DNA of 11,510 nt from an uncultured bacterium (GTDB taxonomy: Bacteria; Hydrogenedentota; Hydrogenedentia; Hydrogenedentales; JAEUWI01), in assembly GCA_963977445.1 (NCBI GenBank), contig CAXBPH010000224.1:1-11510 (forward strand), in the 5' to 3' direction. A program made the position numbers and the translations under genes. The stretch's first letter is position 1; each line of letters opens with the position of its first letter. A model generated the notes under the pieces. The model made no database searches, was not told the origin of the DNA, and was given only the letters and a program-made list of their open reading frames with translations. Shown piece by piece: positions 7,074 to 11,510 of this stretch.

Positions 7074-8540
7074 TCAGGCCAGGTCGGGATTGGCCAGCAT
7101 CTGATCTTTCATGACGCCCAGGGCCTCGGAAAGCATCACATCGTATATATGGGGGTATCGCATGCGCTTGAACTCTTCCGGCAACGCGGCAATCTGGTTC
7201 AGCGCGTGACTGCGGACGTCCGCCAGCGGGGGAGAGGGGGCTACACGCACACCACCGCGGATTACCGTTTGCAACAGGGACTCGCAACGTGCCGGGGCCG
7301 CCGCATGGACGGAACGGTGGGGCCACGTGCGGCTTCGACCCCGCAAGGGGCCCTCGGTGACCGGCGTTTCATCGTCGAGATACATGACATCACAGAGGGG
7401 ATGGCCTTCTTCATCAAAATAGCGCATCAGCTGTTTTTTGCCCGGGTCGGTGGCCTTCTCAATGTTAGAGGATATCTTCATACGGCTTAACCAGGTGCCA
7501 TTTTCCTGTATGGCGACCAGCTTATAGACGCCGCTCAACGCGGGGGCATCATAGGCCGTGATGAGATGGGTGCCCACGCCCCAGGCGTTTATTTTGGAGC
7601 CCTGACGCTTGAGATCGGCAATCAGTTCTTCGTCCAGGTCGTTCGAGGCCACAATGAGGGGATTCTCGAGACCCGCTTCCATCATCTTCTGGTAGGCTAT
7701 CTTACTCAGCCGGGAAAGGTCACCGGAATCGAGGCGGATTGCGGGGCGGACGTCGATGCCCGCCGCATGCATTTCCTTGAACACCGTTATGGCATTGGGC
7801 ACGCCGCTTGTTTCGGTGTCATAGGTGTCCACCAACAAGACGCATCGGTCGGGATAGTGGCGGGCAAAGGTGCGGAAGGCCTCCAACTCGGAAGGAAAGC
7901 TCATGACCCAACTGTGGGCGTGGGTGCCACCCACGGGGATGCCAAAGGTTTTTCCGGCCAACACATTGGACGTGGAATTGCAGCCACCGATGTGGGCGGC
8001 CCGGGATCCGCTGACGGCACCATCTGGACCATGGGCCCGTCGCAGCCCGAATTCCATCACGGGATCGCCATTCGCCGCCAGGCAGATGCGGGCGGCTTTG
8101 GTGGCAATCAGGGTTTGAAAATTCAGCAAATTGAGCAAGGCGGATTCGATGAGGAGGGACTCAAAGATCGTGCCCTGAACCTGAAGAATCGGCTCGTAGG
8201 GGTACACCAGGGTTCCCTCAGGAATGGCCTGCACCGTGCAATTGGGACGAAAGTTTCGCAGGTGTTCCAGAAAATCCGGTGCGAAAATATTCAAGGAGGC
8301 CAGGTAATCCACATCGTCATCCCCAAAGCGTAAGTGCTCCAGGTAATCGAGAAAGGATTCCAGGCCCGCGAAGACCGCGAATCCCGTGTCGGGTGGCAGG
8401 CTGCGAAAAAAGTAGTTGAAGGCAACCGGTTGGTCGGCCCGCTGCTCCCGCCATTGGCCCGCCATCATGGTCAATTCATAGAAATCGGTAAGCAGGGCCA
8501 GACCCTCGCGGCGAAACCACGGGTTTTTTGACGTATTCAT
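7074..8540 (-). CDS. pncB: Nicotinate phosphoribosyltransferase
   Basis: Start reassigned to ATG 8540, which overlaps the pncA stop (ATGA), giving 488 aa. Motifs LLTDFYELTM, EFGLRRAH, TSNVLAG, GTHAHSW (phospho-His), LVDTYD, IRLDSGD, ASNDLDE, WGVGT and VYKLV. Confidence 0.95.
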   Translation of the reverse strand: MNTSKNPWFRREGLALLTDFYELTMMAGQWREQRADQPVAFNYFFRSLPPDTGFAVFAGLESFLDYLEHLRFGDDDVDYLASLNIFAPDFLEHLRNFRPNCTVQAIPEGTLVYPYEPILQVQGTIFESLLIESALLNLLNFQTLIATKAARICLAANGDPVMEFGLRRAHGPDGAVSGSRAAHIGGCNSTSNVLAGKTFGIPVGGTHAHSWVMSFPSELEAFRTFARHYPDRCVLLVDTYDTETSGVPNAITVFKEMHAAGIDVRPAIRLDSGDLSRLSKIAYQKMMEAGLENPLIVASNDLDEELIADLKRQGSKINAWGVGTHLITAYDAPALSGVYKLVAIQENGTWLSRMKISSNIEKATDPGKKQLMRYFDEEGHPLCDVMYLDDETPVTEGPLRGRSRTWPHRSVHAAAPARCESLLQTVIRGGVRVAPSPPLADVRSHALNQIAALPEEFKRMRYPHIYDVMLSEALGVMKDQMLANPDLA

Positions 8541-9109
8541 TGCGTGATCTCCACGCCCCGGCAAAGCACCACGCCCGCCTCGCGCATGGCCGCTATCGCT
8601 ACCACACTGCCGTCATCGTCCACGCCCCGACACCCATCTTCCACCAGGACGGTTTCAAAGCCCGCCTGCAAGGCATCCATCGCTGTCGCCTTCACGCAAT
8701 AGTCCGTCGCGAGCCCCGCCACAAAAACGCGGGTTACGCCGGCGCTTCGGAGTCGGTCGGCGAGGTCGGTTCCCTGAAAGCCGCTGTAGGCTTCCTGATC
8801 AGGGTCCGTTCCCTTGTCGATAATGGGGCAATCCAATGGCACATGAAGATCGCCATGAAACTCGGCGCCGGGTGAATCCTGCAGGCAGTGGGCTGGCCAA
8901 CTTCCGTCCTGGAAGGTTGGTTCAAGACTGAAACTGCAGTGGTCCTCGGGGTGCCAGTCCCGGGTGAAATAGACCCGGTCAAAACGGGGTTGAAGATTAT
9001 TTATCACCCGCACTACGCCATCCCCACCAGGCACCGAAAGTGCACCGCCGGGGCAAAAGTCATTTTGCACATCCACCACGATTAACGCATCCGTGTCATT
9101 CACTTTCAT
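8537..9109 (-). CDS. pncA: Nicotinamidase / pyrazinamidase (isochorismatase family)
   Basis: Start reassigned to ATG 9109 with strong AGGAGG upstream, giving 190 aa. Motifs VDVQNDFCPGG, DWHPEDH, WPAHC, KG..EAYSGF and GLATDYCV. Confidence 0.95.
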   Translation of the reverse strand: MKVNDTDALIVVDVQNDFCPGGALSVPGGDGVVRVINNLQPRFDRVYFTRDWHPEDHCSFSLEPTFQDGSWPAHCLQDSPGAEFHGDLHVPLDCPIIDKGTDPDQEAYSGFQGTDLADRLRSAGVTRVFVAGLATDYCVKATAMDALQAGFETVLVEDGCRGVDDDGSVVAIAAMREAGVVLCRGVEITQ

Positions 9110-9548
9110 CGTGACCCTCCTGAGATTGGTGCTCCTGCATTCCCGCGAGTATTTCTGCGTGATCAAAAGCCAGTTCGGGCAGTGTGTCCAGTGAAAACCA
9201 GGCGGCCTCGGCCGCATCGTCGGCACCTTTCACCGCGCTCTGTTCCATGGGGCATGTGCCCGCATAGACGACCGAAATCGTGTGACCCCGAGGGTCCCGA
9301 CCGGGTGTGCCCACCGTGCGGTATTGAAACAGCGTTACCCCGCTTAGCCCCGTCTCCTCCTCCAATTCCCGTCGGGCCGCCATCTCCAGATCCTCGTTTT
9401 CTTCCACGAAGCCACCGGGAAAGGCCCACTGCCCCGCAAAGGGTTCCTGTGCCCGTTGGATGAGCAATACTTCGGGTGCGGTGTCGTTGTTCCTGAAAAG
9501 GACGACGTCGGTCGTGACCATAGGTCTGGGGTAAGGATAGGTGTACAT
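9096..9548 (-). CDS. Nudix hydrolase, ADP-ribose pyrophosphatase-like (NrtR/NadM Nudix-domain type), stand-alone
   Basis: Likely start ATG 9548 (MYTYPYPRP, 150 aa); ATG 9590 and GTG 9599 are alternatives. Intact Nudix box GFVEENEDLEMAARRELEEETGL plus RDPRG, ADDA and LAFDH. Its 3' end overlaps the pncA start by 14 nt. Confidence 0.9.
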   Translation of the reverse strand: MYTYPYPRPMVTTDVVLFRNNDTAPEVLLIQRAQEPFAGQWAFPGGFVEENEDLEMAARRELEEETGLSGVTLFQYRTVGTPGRDPRGHTISVVYAGTCPMEQSAVKGADDAAEAAWFSLDTLPELAFDHAEILAGMQEHQSQEGHDESE

Positions 9549-9673
9549 GCAATCCAGTTCGGTGTTGACTGCGGGTGTTTCCGGGGTCATCAAGGCCACG
9601 GAATAATTTCATCTAGTGTATTCAACGTTTGGGATTACACCAGGTATGCGCATGGTGAATGGGCCGTAGCCGG

Positions 9674-10468
9674 TCAGTCCTTCTTTTGCTTCAGGAGCCA
9701 CTCGATGCTTTCGGTCTCCTGATAGGCCTTATCCCACGAATTATGATCGACTCCTTCAAACTCGGTGTATTTAATGTTGCCGCCTCGTTCCTTAATGGCC
9801 GCGACCATATCGCGGGAACGCTCCACGGGGACCACAGAGTCACTGCCGCCATGAAAGGCCCAGATGGGTACGGTCGCCAGGGCCCGCAGGCGGGAGGCCA
9901 TGCTGCCATAGGGATTGCCGCCGCCCACGTTGAGTAATTTCTGGATATCATAGGGGTCGCCCCCGCCGCAGATGGGCATGAGTGCGGCAAAGGTGTCCGT
10001 GTGGATGGCACCCCAGAGCCACGTGCCATAGCCACCCATGGAAAGGCCCGTGAGGTAGATACGCTTGTTATCGATGTTATATTGCTCCTGCGTCGCCGCC
10101 ATCTGGGCATCGAGGGAATCGTGGCACGTGTTCCAATCCTGTTCCTTCGGGCATTGGGGGATGAGCACGATGGCGGGAAAGCGAGTGGGGTCTTTTTTGA
10201 TGGCGTTGACAATGCCCTGCTTCAGCGGGGTTTCATTGTCATCGCCCCGTTCACCCGCGCCGTGCAGAAACACGATCAGGGGCCAGGCGCGGTCTGCCGT
10301 GTAGTCCTCAGGAACGTAAACCACGTACTGATCTTCCGTTTCGTTCACGGCAACCGTCTTGTTCAAGTAACCCGTCGTTTTCATTTCGTTATCCTGGGCC
10401 TGCGTCGTGGACACGGCCCCAATGACTAAGGCGGCAAGGGTCAGTGTGCAGGTGTTGAGGTACTTCAT
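9674..10468 (-). CDS. Secreted alpha/beta-hydrolase (phospholipase/carboxylesterase or predicted peptidase type)
   Basis: 264 aa. Sec signal peptide ending TQA|Q; WPLIVFLHGAGERG, nucleophile elbow GLSMGG, HGGSDSVVP (Asp) and VDHNSW (His). Start overlaps the upstream gene's stop (ATGA, 10465-10468). Confidence 0.9.
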   Translation of the reverse strand: MKYLNTCTLTLAALVIGAVSTTQAQDNEMKTTGYLNKTVAVNETEDQYVVYVPEDYTADRAWPLIVFLHGAGERGDDNETPLKQGIVNAIKKDPTRFPAIVLIPQCPKEQDWNTCHDSLDAQMAATQEQYNIDNKRIYLTGLSMGGYGTWLWGAIHTDTFAALMPICGGGDPYDIQKLLNVGGGNPYGSMASRLRALATVPIWAFHGGSDSVVPVERSRDMVAAIKERGGNIKYTEFEGVDHNSWDKAYQETESIEWLLKQKKD

Positions 10469-11379
10469 TTCGTTTCTTCCTTTGTGGCTTCTTCGGGCAT
10501 ATGGCGATCATAGGAAAAGGGGTGCATGGGCTCATCGGGAGAGACGGTGATGTGTACCGGGCGGGCAATGGTGACCTGATCAACCTGGACCCGCGTGAGA
10601 TTGGGCGCACGCCAGCCTTCTTCCACCTGCCAGTGGTGCCCGTCTCCGTGCAGGAAAAGCACCGGCTTTTCAAAAGCCGCCACCGTTTTGGCAAAGGGCA
10701 CTACAAAATCTTCATGCATCAGCTTGGGGTGGGCCTGGGCCAATACGACAACCGCGTAGGCATCATCGCCATGGCGTTTCAGGTTTTCGGCGACCCATTC
10801 TGCATTGGCACGATGGCGGTAGCCCCATTCCTCAACATCATGCATAAACCCACCGACCAGATTGACACCCAGGAACAGCACACCGTCATCCATCCACGCG
10901 AAGTTTTCTGGATAGCTGTTCTGTCGTTCCACCGTCGGGGCACTCGGGTAGGCCTCAAAGTGGTTCATGAAATCCTTTTTCCAGAGGGCCATGGCGGCAT
11001 CCGGGTTGTCCTGGTCATTCCACTCGTTGTCACCGATGACAAAGACCACCGGTATGGAAGACTGGCGATAGAGGGCCGCGACGCGGGCGCTGTATTCGGC
11101 GTCAAAGGGCTGAGAGCCTTTGCACAAGTCGCCCGTATGAAGGAGATAGCGGGCCCGCCCATCGGCTTTTTCGGCCTCAAAATACTGGGGCAGCAGGGTC
11201 CAGTCTTCCTCGCCTCGGGGGCCATCACCGGTCGCTGCGAAGGTGACCGGTTGTGGGCCCGATGGGGGCGGTTCCGCTGACGTTTTGGGTGCAGCCGTCG
11301 CACAGCCTGAGAGAAGGGCAGACAGGAAAAGACTACCGAGAATATTAAAACGGTGCAAGGCATTGGGCCGACCAGACAT
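10465..11379 (-). CDS. Calcineurin-like metallophosphoesterase superfamily lipoprotein
   Basis: 304 aa. AAGGAG Shine-Dalgarno; lipobox LLSG|C then a Pro-rich linker; motifs FAATGDGP, LLHTGDL, VIGDNEWND, AQAH and LFLHGDGH. Confidence 0.82.
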   Translation of the reverse strand: MSGRPNALHRFNILGSLFLSALLSGCATAAPKTSAEPPPSGPQPVTFAATGDGPRGEEDWTLLPQYFEAEKADGRARYLLHTGDLCKGSQPFDAEYSARVAALYRQSSIPVVFVIGDNEWNDQDNPDAAMALWKKDFMNHFEAYPSAPTVERQNSYPENFAWMDDGVLFLGVNLVGGFMHDVEEWGYRHRANAEWVAENLKRHGDDAYAVVVLAQAHPKLMHEDFVVPFAKTVAAFEKPVLFLHGDGHHWQVEEGWRAPNLTRVQVDQVTIARPVHITVSPDEPMHPFSYDRHMPEEATKEETK

Positions 11380-11510
11380 GAGAAAACTCCTTGGTGTTGC
11401 ATGGATGAACCTATAGACGGATTATCGCAATCACAGGAAGGCATTGCAACGCGGTGGGAGAAGTGGACCCCGGATTCTGGACAGTGCGTTAAGTGTATCT
11501 CCTTGAGTAT

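Noticed and set aside
4395..9548. Cluster as a phage NAD reconstitution (anti-defence) pathway or mobile island
   Set aside because: Enzymes are the cellular PncA/PncB/NadE type rather than Adps/Namat or Nampt/Nmnat; no phage, integrase or transposase genes, and housekeeping aroF is nearby.
9611..9631. GT-N7-AC core (9616-9626) upstream of the Nudix gene as an NrtR operator
   Set aside because: Flanks are not palindromic, the pattern is too short to be significant, and the local Nudix protein has no DNA-binding domain.

Overview
Bacterial chromosomal window of moderately high GC, densely coding, with no mobile element, CRISPR array, tRNA or rRNA recognisable. Left to right: (1) the 5' end of a minus-strand gene running off the left edge, with a very acidic N-terminus encoded by hexanucleotide tandem repeats ((EA)8 then (DA)n); (2) a class I-beta DAHP synthase (aroF) with an intrinsic terminator and a long, hairpin-rich upstream region; (3) a divergent lipoprotein with two tandem ~106-aa Ig/BACON-like repeats and a VWA domain; (4) a small Zn-ribbon membrane protein; (5) seven co-oriented minus-strand genes, in transcription order: metallophosphoesterase lipoprotein, secreted alpha/beta-hydrolase, Nudix (ADP-ribose pyrophosphatase-like) hydrolase, pncA, pncB, a DUF6141-like membrane protein and glutamine-dependent nadE. 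The core is a recognisable NAD salvage cluster. The points worth following up are the uncharacterised membrane gene inside it, the missing adenylyltransferase step, the Nudix protein lacking an NrtR DNA-binding domain, the exported hydrolases upstream, and the structured aroF leader. I cannot show a novel system from sequence alone. All family calls come from motif recognition by eye, not database searches.
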